From: Eubacteriales bacterium
GTDB lineage: Bacteria > Bacillota > Clostridia > Christensenellales > Aristaeellaceae
Length of the DNA stretch: 47,634 nucleotides
Assembly: GCA_031554855.1 (NCBI GenBank)
Contig: JAVBUY010000188.1
Span: forward strand, 1 to 47,634
Direction: 5' to 3'
Shown here: piece after piece, positions 32,435 through 40,958 of the stretch
Numbering within the stretch: position 1 is the stretch's first letter
Layout: every line of letters begins with the position of its first letter
Translations under genes and position numbers: made by a program
Notes under the pieces: model-generated
Seen by the model: the letters and a program-made list of their open reading frames with translations, nothing else
Databases searched by the model: none
Told to the model about the DNA's origin: nothing

Positions 32435-34006
32435 ATGCAAGCGCTGAAGAGCATGTGGCGCAGTAGCGCCTGGATAGCAATTTTACTGGCTTGCTTCTTC
32501 ATTGCAGGCCAATTGTTTGCGATGCAAGCGGTGTTCGATGGCGCTGTGGCGCATCTGCTGCTGCCCGCCGACGCGGAAACGCAGCACAATTGGCTGCGAC
32601 TAACCGCCTCGCACATGCAGGCGGAAATTTTGCGCACCAGCCAACAGCGCCGCAATCAGATCGACCAAGCTTTCCCGAAGATCGCAAACTGGTTCCGCCA
32701 GGCGCCGGATGCGACGATCTTCCCCACCTGGCCGCAGGATATCGGCTGGGTATGTTTTGCTGCCGATGGCGTTTCGCGTATCGCCGCCTCGCCCGACAGC
32801 CAACTCGCGGCCGGAGATATCTCCGCTACCGTGCAGTCGCTTCGCAGCTCGCCATATTTCGATCAGATCCCGTTGGCCGACGGTGCCACCCTGCTGCTCT
32901 ATGTGCGCCAGCAGACGTTGGATGGCTATCTTCGCCAGGCCGCGATCGACATCATCCAATCCTGGCCCGCCGAGCAAGTGACGCTGTCGGTGTGGCTGGA
33001 GCGCACCGCGCAAGGCACGCAGGAGAATATCGCCTACCAGCGCGAGATCCTGGCCGCGACACCGGTGGTGTATGGCTACCAGGTGCCCGAGGTCTCCTCT
33101 CCGCTGGTCAATGCGCTGCCAGAAAATGACCTCGCGCAGTTGCGCGAGCACCGCAACGCGTTCTTCCCCGCGATCGCCGAGGCCAGCGCCGGTGCGCAGG
33201 CTTGCTCGGCCATCGTGTTGTCCGATAGCGACCTGGCGCTGTGCGTCAGCGCGCGCATGCTTACCCCGGACATTCTCACGCATCCGAACATCGCCCGTTT
33301 TCGCGGCCTGTGCAGCATGATCTTTTATCTCACGCTGGGCGTGGTGGCACTGGGCGCGCTGGGGGTTCTGGCCTACCAACTGCACGCCTACCGAAAGGGC
33401 GTTCGCGACTGGCGCAATGCGCAGAATCTGCTGGATATGCGCGAGCAAGCGGTTGGCGAGGAGCGCCGGAAGATCGACAAAGTCTACGAGGAACTGCGCC
33501 GCCTGGGCGCGCTCAAACCCTATACCGGCCCGCGCACCGCCGCCTCGGTGGTGCATTGGCTGGACGACAGCTTCCCGGCATTCTCGCGCATCTCACCCGA
33601 CCAGGTGCTGGCCGGGGGCCGCGCGACCGCCATCGTGCTGCTTACCATTGACGACGGTGCCAACGCCGAGGTCGATTCGCTGTCCGAGCAGATCGTGCCC
33701 ATCATCCAGCAGCACATCCGTTCCAACGACATGGTGGCGCGCTGGCACGGCGCTTCGCTGATGCTGGTGCTCAATACGATTACGCTCAAGGACGCGCTGA
33801 TGCGCGCCGAGGATGTGCGCATCTCGCTGTGCGAGCGCGCGTTCCAGACCAAGCAGGGCCCGACGCACATCACGCTGACCTGTGGCCTGTCGCTGATGCT
33901 GCAAAACGACGCCTCCTGGCGGCAATCGGTGGAGCGTGCCCAGCGTGCCCAACAGCGCGGCAAAGATACCGGGCGCAGCGGTCGCGTGTATCACGAAATC
34001 CTCTAG
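32435..34006 (+). CDS. Membrane protein with extracytoplasmic domain and a degenerate (catalytically dead) GGDEF-like domain
   Basis: An N-terminal TM, an extracytoplasmic region of about 270 aa and a second TM (MIFYLTLGVVALGALGVLAY). The C-terminal region is collinear with a GGDEF domain, but the GG(D/E)EF site reads HGASL (33746-33760) and the DxFKxxND metal site is absent. Confidence 0.6.
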   Translation: MQALKSMWRSSAWIAILLACFFIAGQLFAMQAVFDGAVAHLLLPADAETQHNWLRLTASHMQAEILRTSQQRRNQIDQAFPKIANWFRQAPDATIFPTWPQDIGWVCFAADGVSRIAASPDSQLAAGDISATVQSLRSSPYFDQIPLADGATLLLYVRQQTLDGYLRQAAIDIIQSWPAEQVTLSVWLERTAQGTQENIAYQREILAATPVVYGYQVPEVSSPLVNALPENDLAQLREHRNAFFPAIAEASAGAQACSAIVLSDSDLALCVSARMLTPDILTHPNIARFRGLCSMIFYLTLGVVALGALGVLAYQLHAYRKGVRDWRNAQNLLDMREQAVGEERRKIDKVYEELRRLGALKPYTGPRTAASVVHWLDDSFPAFSRISPDQVLAGGRATAIVLLTIDDGANAEVDSLSEQIVPIIQQHIRSNDMVARWHGASLMLVLNTITLKDALMRAEDVRISLCERAFQTKQGPTHITLTCGLSLMLQNDASWRQSVERAQRAQQRGKDTGRSGRVYHEIL

Positions 34007-34014
34007 CCACCCCG

Positions 34015-34043
34015 CCGCCGGCATCCCGCCGGCGGTTTTCTTT
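34015..34043 (+). terminator. Rho-independent terminator after the degenerate-GGDEF gene
   Basis: CCGCCGGC-atccc-GCCGGCGG followed by TTTTCTTT. Confidence 0.65.
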
Positions 34044-34143
34044 GATGCCCGCGTGTCGGGGTGCCTCGCGCTTTGCTTGCCAAAGCCTGCGAGCGCAAGC
34101 GCTTGCATTACGAATCATTCACTCCGCTCAAGGAGGTATGCGC

Positions 34144-36387
34144 ATGGGTACGCTGTTTGACATTCATCCCTGGACGCTGACCGAGACTCGCTGGCAACCC
34201 GAGCACCAGCGACTGGCCGAGAGCCTGACATCCATCGGCAACGGCCTGATGGGGATGCGCGGCAATTTCGAGGAACAGTATTCCGGCGACACGCACCGGG
34301 GCACGTACCTGGCCGGTGTGTGGTTCCCGGATAAGACGCGCGTGGGCTGGTGGAAGAACGGCTACCCACAATACTTCGGCAAGGTGATCAACGCCGTCAA
34401 TCTGATCGCGCTGGACGTGCGCATCGACGGCGAGGCACTGGATCTGGCGAAGTATCCGGTGGTCGCGTTCCGCCGGACGTTGGACATGCGTGGTGGGCTG
34501 CTGCGGCGCGACGCCACCGTGCGCATGCCTCAGGGGCAGGTGCGCATCTCCACCGAACGCTTTGTGTCCATCGATCGGCGCGAGCTGATGGCGCTGACGT
34601 ACACAGTGACGCCGCAGTTTGACTGCTCGGTAGAGCTGCTGCCCGCGCTCCATGCCGATGTGCGCAACCTGGACAGCAACTATGACGAATCGTTCTGGGC
34701 GTTTCTGGACCAAGGGCAGACTGGCGAAGCGTTGCATCTGACCTGCCGCACCAAAGAAAACCCCTTTGACGCGCCGCGCTTTACCGTGGCCGCTGCCATG
34801 CGCACCCGAATCAGCGACGGCGACATCGCCGCGCCGATTCTCACAACCGGCGCTGTCACGCAGCCTCACACCGCTTCGGTGCGTGCCGGTCAGGGCGTGA
34901 CCATCCGCAAATACGCGACCATCGCCACCAGCCGCGACCATGACGAAGCATCGCTGGCCTCCATCGCCTGCGCCAGCGCAGATAAAGCCGCCGCGATAGG
35001 CTACGATGCGCTGAAGTCCGCGCATGTTGCCGCCTGGCATCAGCGCTGGGAGAGCGCCGATGTGGTGATCGAGGGCGACGATGCCGCACAGCAGGGCATC
35101 CGCTTCAATATCTTCCAGCTCTTCTCCACCTACTACGGCGAGGACGCGCGGCTGAACATCGGGCCAAAGGGCTTCACCGGAGAAAAGTACGGCGGCGCCA
35201 CCTATTGGGACACCGAGGCCTACTGCCTGCCGATGTATCTGGCGATCGCCGGACAGGACGTGGCGCGCGATCTGCTAGAGTATCGCTACTTGCAGCTCGA
35301 CGGCGCGTACCACAACGCCCGCCAGCAGGGGCTGCCCGGCGCCCTGTATCCGATGGTCACCTTCACCGGCGTCGAGTGCCACAACGAGTGGGAGATCACC
35401 TTCGAGGAGATCCACCGCAACGCAGCAATCGCCTATGCGATTTACCACTACACCGCGTACACCGGCGACGACACATACCTTACGACGCATGGCATCGAGG
35501 TTTTGGCCGGTATCGCTGCATTCTGGGCGGGGCGCGTGCACCAGCCGCCTGCCAAGGACTGCTATATGATCCACGGTGTGACCGGCCCGAACGAGTACGA
35601 GAACAACGTGAACAACAACTGGTACACCAACCGCATGGCGGCATGGTGCCTGACATATACCGTGCAGTCGGCGGCGTTGATCCCCGCCGATCGGCGCGCG
35701 CGGCTTGGGCTGACGGACGATGTGCTGGCGCACTACGCCGACATTGCTTCGAAAATGTACCTGCCAGAAGATACGCAGCGCGGCATCTTCGTGCAGCACG
35801 ACACCTTCCTGGACAAAGACCTGATGCCCGCCTCCGCACTCGATCCCGCCGACCGTCCGATCAACCAGCACTGGTCGTGGGATCGCATCCTGCGCAGCTG
35901 TTTCATCAAGCAGGCCGACACGCTGCAAGGTCTGTACTTCCTCGGCCATCTATACGACCTGGACACAAAAAAGCGCAACTTCGCTTTCTATGAGCCGATG
36001 ACCGTGCACGAATCCAGCCTGTCACCCTGCGTGCACAGCATCCTGGCCGCAGAAATTGGCGATCATGCGAAAGCCGTCGAGATGTACCAGCGCACCGCGC
36101 GGCTCGACCTGGACAACCTCAACCACGACACCGACGACGGCCTGCACATCACGTCGATGGCGGGCAGCTGGCTCTCGCTGGCGCAGGGCTTCGCGGGCAT
36201 ACGCACAGCGGACGGTCTGGCCTTCTCCCCCTTCCTGCCGGATTGCTGGCAGGGATACGCGTTCACCGTCGTCTACCGCGGGCGACGCATCCGGCTCAAG
36301 ATGGACAAGGCGAGCGCGACGCTGAAGCTGCTCGCTGGCGAGCCGGTGGAGGTCACGCTGAACGGGGAACGCATTTTGCTGCAATAA
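34144..36387 (+). CDS. GH65 family glycoside phosphorylase (maltose/kojibiose/trehalose phosphorylase type)
   Basis: 747 aa, with SIGNGLMGMRGNFEE near the N-terminus and a catalytic-region motif VTGPNEYENNVNNNWYTN. ATG 34144 is 7 nt after AAGGAGG. The substrate is not assignable. Confidence 0.85.
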   Translation: MGTLFDIHPWTLTETRWQPEHQRLAESLTSIGNGLMGMRGNFEEQYSGDTHRGTYLAGVWFPDKTRVGWWKNGYPQYFGKVINAVNLIALDVRIDGEALDLAKYPVVAFRRTLDMRGGLLRRDATVRMPQGQVRISTERFVSIDRRELMALTYTVTPQFDCSVELLPALHADVRNLDSNYDESFWAFLDQGQTGEALHLTCRTKENPFDAPRFTVAAAMRTRISDGDIAAPILTTGAVTQPHTASVRAGQGVTIRKYATIATSRDHDEASLASIACASADKAAAIGYDALKSAHVAAWHQRWESADVVIEGDDAAQQGIRFNIFQLFSTYYGEDARLNIGPKGFTGEKYGGATYWDTEAYCLPMYLAIAGQDVARDLLEYRYLQLDGAYHNARQQGLPGALYPMVTFTGVECHNEWEITFEEIHRNAAIAYAIYHYTAYTGDDTYLTTHGIEVLAGIAAFWAGRVHQPPAKDCYMIHGVTGPNEYENNVNNNWYTNRMAAWCLTYTVQSAALIPADRRARLGLTDDVLAHYADIASKMYLPEDTQRGIFVQHDTFLDKDLMPASALDPADRPINQHWSWDRILRSCFIKQADTLQGLYFLGHLYDLDTKKRNFAFYEPMTVHESSLSPCVHSILAAEIGDHAKAVEMYQRTARLDLDNLNHDTDDGLHITSMAGSWLSLAQGFAGIRTADGLAFSPFLPDCWQGYAFTVVYRGRRIRLKMDKASATLKLLAGEPVEVTLNGERILLQ

Positions 36388-36400
36388 AAAAAGATGCGAT

Positions 36401-36544
36401 GGAGGGCGTTGCCCTCCAAACCTCCCACCAGAGGGACATTGTCCCTCTGGACTCCCTCCTTTTGCGCCGCATGCAGCGCAAAGGATGGGATTCCAAAGGG
36501 TCACTGATCCTTTGGCTGGGGGTCTGGGGGACAGCATCCCCCAG
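36401..36544 (+). repeat. Tandem array of five distinct GC-rich hairpins between convergent genes
   Basis: GGAGGGCgttGCCCTCC (36401-17); CCAGAGGGACattGTCCCTCTGG (36428-50); TTTGCGCcgcatgcaGCGCAAA (36461-82); CCAAAGGgtcactgatCCTTTGG (36493-515); CTGGGGGAcagcaTCCCCCAG (36524-44). Confidence 0.7.
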
Positions 36545-36557
36545 CGCACCTGCTTGT

Positions 36558-37715
36558 TTACTTGACCTGCTCCCCGCCCAAGAACACCTGCCGCACGTGC
36601 GCGCGCACGTCCAGCGGGTGTGCGTCGTAGAGCGCGATATCGGCAGCCTTGCCAGGCGCGATGCTGCCCAGGCTCGCCTCCTGCCCCACCGCCCAAGCGG
36701 CGTCTTTTGTGATGCAGGCTAGCGCAGTGCGCGCGGGTAGGCCTTCGCGGTGCGCAATGGCGGCGCACACGATCAAATATTGCAGCGGGATGACCGGGTG
36801 ATCGGTCATCATCGCAAAGCGGACGCCCGCCGCCTGCAACTTAGCTGGCGCGGCAAAGGTCAGGTTTTTTAGCTCGATTTTGCTGCGTTCGGACAGCAGC
36901 GGCCCGATGATGATCGGCATGCCGTTTTTCTCCTGTACCCGCTTCAGCTCGTCAGCGATCAGGTAGCCCTCGGTGCAGTGCTCCAGCGACAGGCGCAGCG
37001 AAAACTCCTCGGCGATGCGCAGCGCGGTGACGATGTCGTCGGCTCGGTGCGCGTGCGCCTTGACCAGCAGCTTTCTCTCCAGCGCCTGAACCAGCATCTC
37101 TTTGCCCAGGTCGCGCGCCGTGCGCTTGCTCTCGTCCTTGTCCGCCATCTTGCGCTGGTACTCTTGCGCGTCAATGAACGCCTGGCGCATCAGCGCGGCG
37201 GTGGCCATGCGGGTCATCGGGCTGCGCTTTTTCTCGTCATAGCAGCGCTTGGGGTTCTCGCCAAAGGCGACCTTGAGCGCCAGCGGCTCGGCGACAATGC
37301 GCGAGGCCATTTCGCCCAGGCCGGTTTTCATCAGCGCGAATTGTCCGCCGATCACATTGGCGCTGCCCGGGCCGGTGGCCACTGTGGTCACGCCCGCGTC
37401 CAGCGCCTCGGCAAAGCAGCGATCCTGCGGATTGATGCCGTCGATGGCGCGCATCTGCGGCGTGATCGGATCGGTCAGCTCGTTGCAGTCGCGGCCCTCA
37501 AAGCCCATGCCATCCTCCCACATGCCGACGTGGCAGTGCGCATCGATGATGCCGGGCAGCGCGTAGCAGCCGTGCGCGTCGATGACCTTCGCGCCGTTCT
37601 CGGGCAGGTCGTAGCCCACCGCGCGAATCTGCCCGCCGTCGAGGAGGATCTGCCCGCCGTCGAGAAAATCCTTGTCCTCCAGGGTCAGCACCTTGGCATT
37701 TTTGATCAGGATCAT
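36558..37715 (-). CDS. Metal-dependent amidohydrolase superfamily protein
   Basis: MILIKNAKVLT...VIDAHGCYALPGIIDAHCHVG (HxH metal motif), with the rest consistent with amidohydrolase_1/3. The start is taken at the conserved N-terminus, not at the track's upstream extension. Confidence 0.75.
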   Translation of the reverse strand: MILIKNAKVLTLEDKDFLDGGQILLDGGQIRAVGYDLPENGAKVIDAHGCYALPGIIDAHCHVGMWEDGMGFEGRDCNELTDPITPQMRAIDGINPQDRCFAEALDAGVTTVATGPGSANVIGGQFALMKTGLGEMASRIVAEPLALKVAFGENPKRCYDEKKRSPMTRMATAALMRQAFIDAQEYQRKMADKDESKRTARDLGKEMLVQALERKLLVKAHAHRADDIVTALRIAEEFSLRLSLEHCTEGYLIADELKRVQEKNGMPIIIGPLLSERSKIELKNLTFAAPAKLQAAGVRFAMMTDHPVIPLQYLIVCAAIAHREGLPARTALACITKDAAWAVGQEASLGSIAPGKAADIALYDAHPLDVRAHVRQVFLGGEQVK

Positions 37716-37722
37716 GTGCTTC

Positions 37723-38298
37723 TCACTTCCACAGGCGCGATACTTTGCCGTTTCGCACCAGATATTTTTGCTGCGCCATGGCCAGCAGTGGCCCGTCTGC
37801 GCGCACGTCGTCGGTGTACATTGCGCGCACTTTGGCGTCGGGCTCCAGCGCATACAGCCGCTCGATTTTCTCGGCGCTCTTGCAATTTTTTCCGATCAGC
37901 TCGCCGGTGCGTGTGTCCACGCGCGTGCCGATCAAGTGCTTTACGCCATATGCGCGCGCGATCGGCGCGAGCATGATCTCCGGCGACGCGGAGGCGATGA
38001 CCACCGGTAGTTCGCTGTCCTGCGGCTGGAACCATTCCCCCAGCCGTTTTTTTGTGCCGGGGTCGTCCCAGAACAGCGCCGCCATCCGCTCCACGTCGAT
38101 ATTGCGCATGAAGCAAAAGAACACGCCCTTGCCGCGCGTCAGATCCCAGCGCTTAGCCGCCATCATGATCAGCGCGCCGATCTGACGCGGCAGGTGTCTG
38201 GCCAGGCCGGGCTGCTTTCTCAGGCAGTACAGCCAGAAGTGCATCGTCGAATCGCCGCGAAAAATCGTGCCGTCAAAATCGTATACGTCGAGCCACAT
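37723..38298 (-). CDS. HAD-IB-like hydrolase
   Basis: MWLDVYDFDGTIF (DxDGT nucleophile motif), SASPEIM and DDVRAD motifs. AAAGGA is upstream of ATG 38298. Confidence 0.7.
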   Translation of the reverse strand: MWLDVYDFDGTIFRGDSTMHFWLYCLRKQPGLARHLPRQIGALIMMAAKRWDLTRGKGVFFCFMRNIDVERMAALFWDDPGTKKRLGEWFQPQDSELPVVIASASPEIMLAPIARAYGVKHLIGTRVDTRTGELIGKNCKSAEKIERLYALEPDAKVRAMYTDDVRADGPLLAMAQQKYLVRNGKVSRLWK

Positions 38299-38326
38299 GG
38301 TGTTCCTTTCATTCGTAGGCAAGGGG

Positions 38327-40513
38327 CTAGACCTCGCTGAGCATCACGATGACCACCGGCCGACGCTTGGTCTTTTCAAACAGGAAGGTGCGGATCTGGT
38401 CGCGCATCTGTCCGGAGCGGATGTTGTTCGCCGGGTTTTGTCCCTGGTTTTTGCAGCGCAACACAAACGCGGTGGCGCGGCGCTCGCACTCGGTGATGAT
38501 CTGCTCGTACTCGCGCTCGTAGAGGAAGCCCATCGCGTGCACATTGGGCGGCGCGGCCAGCTCACCGGTGCGCTTATTGAGCACCACCGATACGGCGACC
38601 ACACCGTCGTCGGACAGGATCTTGCGTTCGCGAAGCACGGTGTTGTCCACCTCGCCCACCGACGCGCCGTCGATCAGCACTGCCGCGCCGTTGGTAAAGC
38701 CCGCGATGCGCGCGCGGTTGTAGGACACCTCGAAGATGTCGCCGTTATTTAATAGGAAGATATTCTCCCACGGCGTGCCCAGCGAGTGCGCCAGCTCGGC
38801 CTGCTGATAGAGCATGCGGTACTCGCCGTGTGCGGGGATGAGGTACTTGGGTTTGATCAGCGACTGCACGAGTTGCAGCTCGTCGCGCGAGGCGTGGCCG
38901 GAGGCGTGCACGTCGGCCAGCGCGGAATAATAGACCTTTGCGCCGCGCTTGTAGAGCTCGTTGATCACCTTGTACACCGGCTTCTCGTTGCCGGGGATCG
39001 GCGAGGCCGAGATGATCACCGTGTCGCCGCGCATGATCTCCACCTCGCGATGCGACGAGAACGCGATGCGCGTCAAGGCGCTCATCGGCTCGCCCTGGCT
39101 GCCGGTGGAGATGATCACCACGCGCTCGGGCGGGTAGTTGTCGATCTGGTTGATGTCGATCAGCGTGTCGGGCTGCATCTGGATGTAGCCGAGGTTGTTG
39201 GCTGCCTCAAACACATTGAGCATACTGCGGCCAACCAGCGCCACCTTGCGGTTCTGCGCCTCGGCGGCGGTGAAGATCTGTTGCAAGCGAGAGATATTGG
39301 AAGAGAAGGTCGCGACAAAGATGCGACCCGGCGCGGAGGCGAACATCTGCGCAAAGCTCTCGCCAACGTGGCGCTCGGACACCGAGTGCCCCTTCACCTC
39401 AATATTGGTGCTCTCGCAGATGAACAGCAGCACGCCGTCGCGACCGAGCTCCGCGATGCGCTGCAAGTCCATGATGCCGCCATAAATCGGCGTGTAGTCG
39501 ATCTTGAAGTCGCCGCTGTGGATCACGCGGCCGATCGGCGTGTGCAGGCACAGCATCGACGCGTCAGCGATGGAGTGGTTGACATGGATGAACTCCACGC
39601 CAAAGCAGCCCGCGCGGATGGTCTGCCCATCGGTCACGGTGATTAGCTCGCAGCTCTTGGCCAGGCCGGGCACGCGATCATCCAGCTTGTAGCGCACAAG
39701 CTCGATGGTCATGCGGCCGCCGTAGATTGGCGCCTTGATCTGCTGCATCAGCCACGGCAGCGCACCGATGTGATCCTCATGCCCGTGCGTCAGGAAGATG
39801 CCGCGCACGCGCTCTTTGTTCTGCACGACATAGGTAAAGTCCGGAATGACCGCATCGACGCCGGGCATGGTCTCGTCCGGGAAGGACTGGCCGCAATCGA
39901 CGATGATGATGTCGCTGCCGTACTCGTACGCGGTCATGTTTTTGCCAATCTCGCACATGCCGCCCAGCGGCACCACGCGCAGCGTACTCTTGGCCGGATG
40001 CTCAGTGGCCATCGAGCGCACCGGCTTTCGGCCCACCATCTGGATGGTGGAGGACACCGACGGCGAACCCTCGGCGGGGGTCACAATGCGCCCGGACTGG
40101 CCGGTGGGCAGCATGACGCGCGGCCGCTTGCCCTGGGGTTGCTGCGCGCGGGCCTGCTGCTGTCCCTGGGGCTTGGGCTGCTTCTGCCCGTTCTGCGCCT
40201 TGGGCTGGGCTTGCGCATTTTGCCCGTTTTGCATCTTGGGTTGGGCTTGCGCATTCTGCGCATTTTGCGCCTTGGGCGGACGCCCGCGACGACGCGGCGC
40301 GTTGTTGCCGTTGCCCTGCTGCTGCTGGTTTTGCGGCTTAGGCTGGCTAGGCTGGTTCGTTTGGTTGGATTGGGTTGGTTGGTTGGGTTGGCTCTGCGCA
40401 CTTTGCGCTTTGGGCGGACGCCCGCGGCGACGCTGGCCTTGATTCTGGGCTTGGCCTTGGGTGCCATTCTGGTTTTGCGGTTGTTTCTGGTTCGGATCTT
40501 GTGGATTGGGCAT
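38327..40513 (-). CDS. rnj: Ribonuclease J with an N-terminal Q/N/P-rich extension of about 170 aa
   Basis: The core from LRVVPLGGMCEIGKNM carries the metallo-beta-lactamase motif HGHEDHIGALP, the beta-CASP region and the RNase J C-terminal domain. The extension begins at ATG 40513, 7 nt after AAAGGA. Confidence 0.9.
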   Translation of the reverse strand: MPNPQDPNQKQPQNQNGTQGQAQNQGQRRRGRPPKAQSAQSQPNQPTQSNQTNQPSQPKPQNQQQQGNGNNAPRRRGRPPKAQNAQNAQAQPKMQNGQNAQAQPKAQNGQKQPKPQGQQQARAQQPQGKRPRVMLPTGQSGRIVTPAEGSPSVSSTIQMVGRKPVRSMATEHPAKSTLRVVPLGGMCEIGKNMTAYEYGSDIIIVDCGQSFPDETMPGVDAVIPDFTYVVQNKERVRGIFLTHGHEDHIGALPWLMQQIKAPIYGGRMTIELVRYKLDDRVPGLAKSCELITVTDGQTIRAGCFGVEFIHVNHSIADASMLCLHTPIGRVIHSGDFKIDYTPIYGGIMDLQRIAELGRDGVLLFICESTNIEVKGHSVSERHVGESFAQMFASAPGRIFVATFSSNISRLQQIFTAAEAQNRKVALVGRSMLNVFEAANNLGYIQMQPDTLIDINQIDNYPPERVVIISTGSQGEPMSALTRIAFSSHREVEIMRGDTVIISASPIPGNEKPVYKVINELYKRGAKVYYSALADVHASGHASRDELQLVQSLIKPKYLIPAHGEYRMLYQQAELAHSLGTPWENIFLLNNGDIFEVSYNRARIAGFTNGAAVLIDGASVGEVDNTVLRERKILSDDGVVAVSVVLNKRTGELAAPPNVHAMGFLYEREYEQIITECERRATAFVLRCKNQGQNPANNIRSGQMRDQIRTFLFEKTKRRPVVIVMLSEV

Positions 40514-40771
40514 ATGGGTTTCCTTTCTTTGTAGCTATCCAAATAAATGGATAGAATCATTTTTTGTCTGGCGCGCCGGATCCATTCGGACACAGCGCGA
40601 CAAGGCTTTTGCCGCATGATTGCGCGCAAAAGGCCTGCCGGGGAATGCGTGATGGTTCGCCGCTTCCACACGACGGATCGCGTGGAAGATATGTCCGTCG
40701 GCGCCTGGTCCGCGCCTCGGGGATCATCGCCGTGCACAAGGCACGACGCACAGCACATAAGCGTACAGCTT

Positions 40772-40800
40772 ATTATACGCCAAGATCGCGCTTTTCACAA
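40772..40800 (-). promoter_or_regulatory. Candidate promoter of rnj, implying a leader of about 250 nt
   Basis: Minus strand: TTGTGA (40800-40795), a 17-nt spacer, then TATAAT (40777-40772). The ATG of rnj is at 40513. Confidence 0.4.
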
Positions 40801-40958
40801 GCCCCACCCGCTGCTTTTCGGCGCACAGGGATGACAGTTGAGCATCCACTATGTGGAATTGGAGCAGCGGCGCAGGAAATCAAACTCCATTTGTCAAATG
40901 ATAGCACCGACAGAGCCTGTCAAAAAAAGTCGATTTTTGTTAGCAAAGGAGTGCCCCT

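Noticed and set aside
40093-40440. Repetitive DNA (GGGCTTGCGCATT..., TTGGGCGGACGCCCGCG...) that at first glance looks like a minisatellite or CRISPR-like array
   Set aside because: The repeats are irregular, in frame and encode the Q/N/P-rich N-terminus of RNase J. There is no repeat-spacer periodicity and there are no cas genes.
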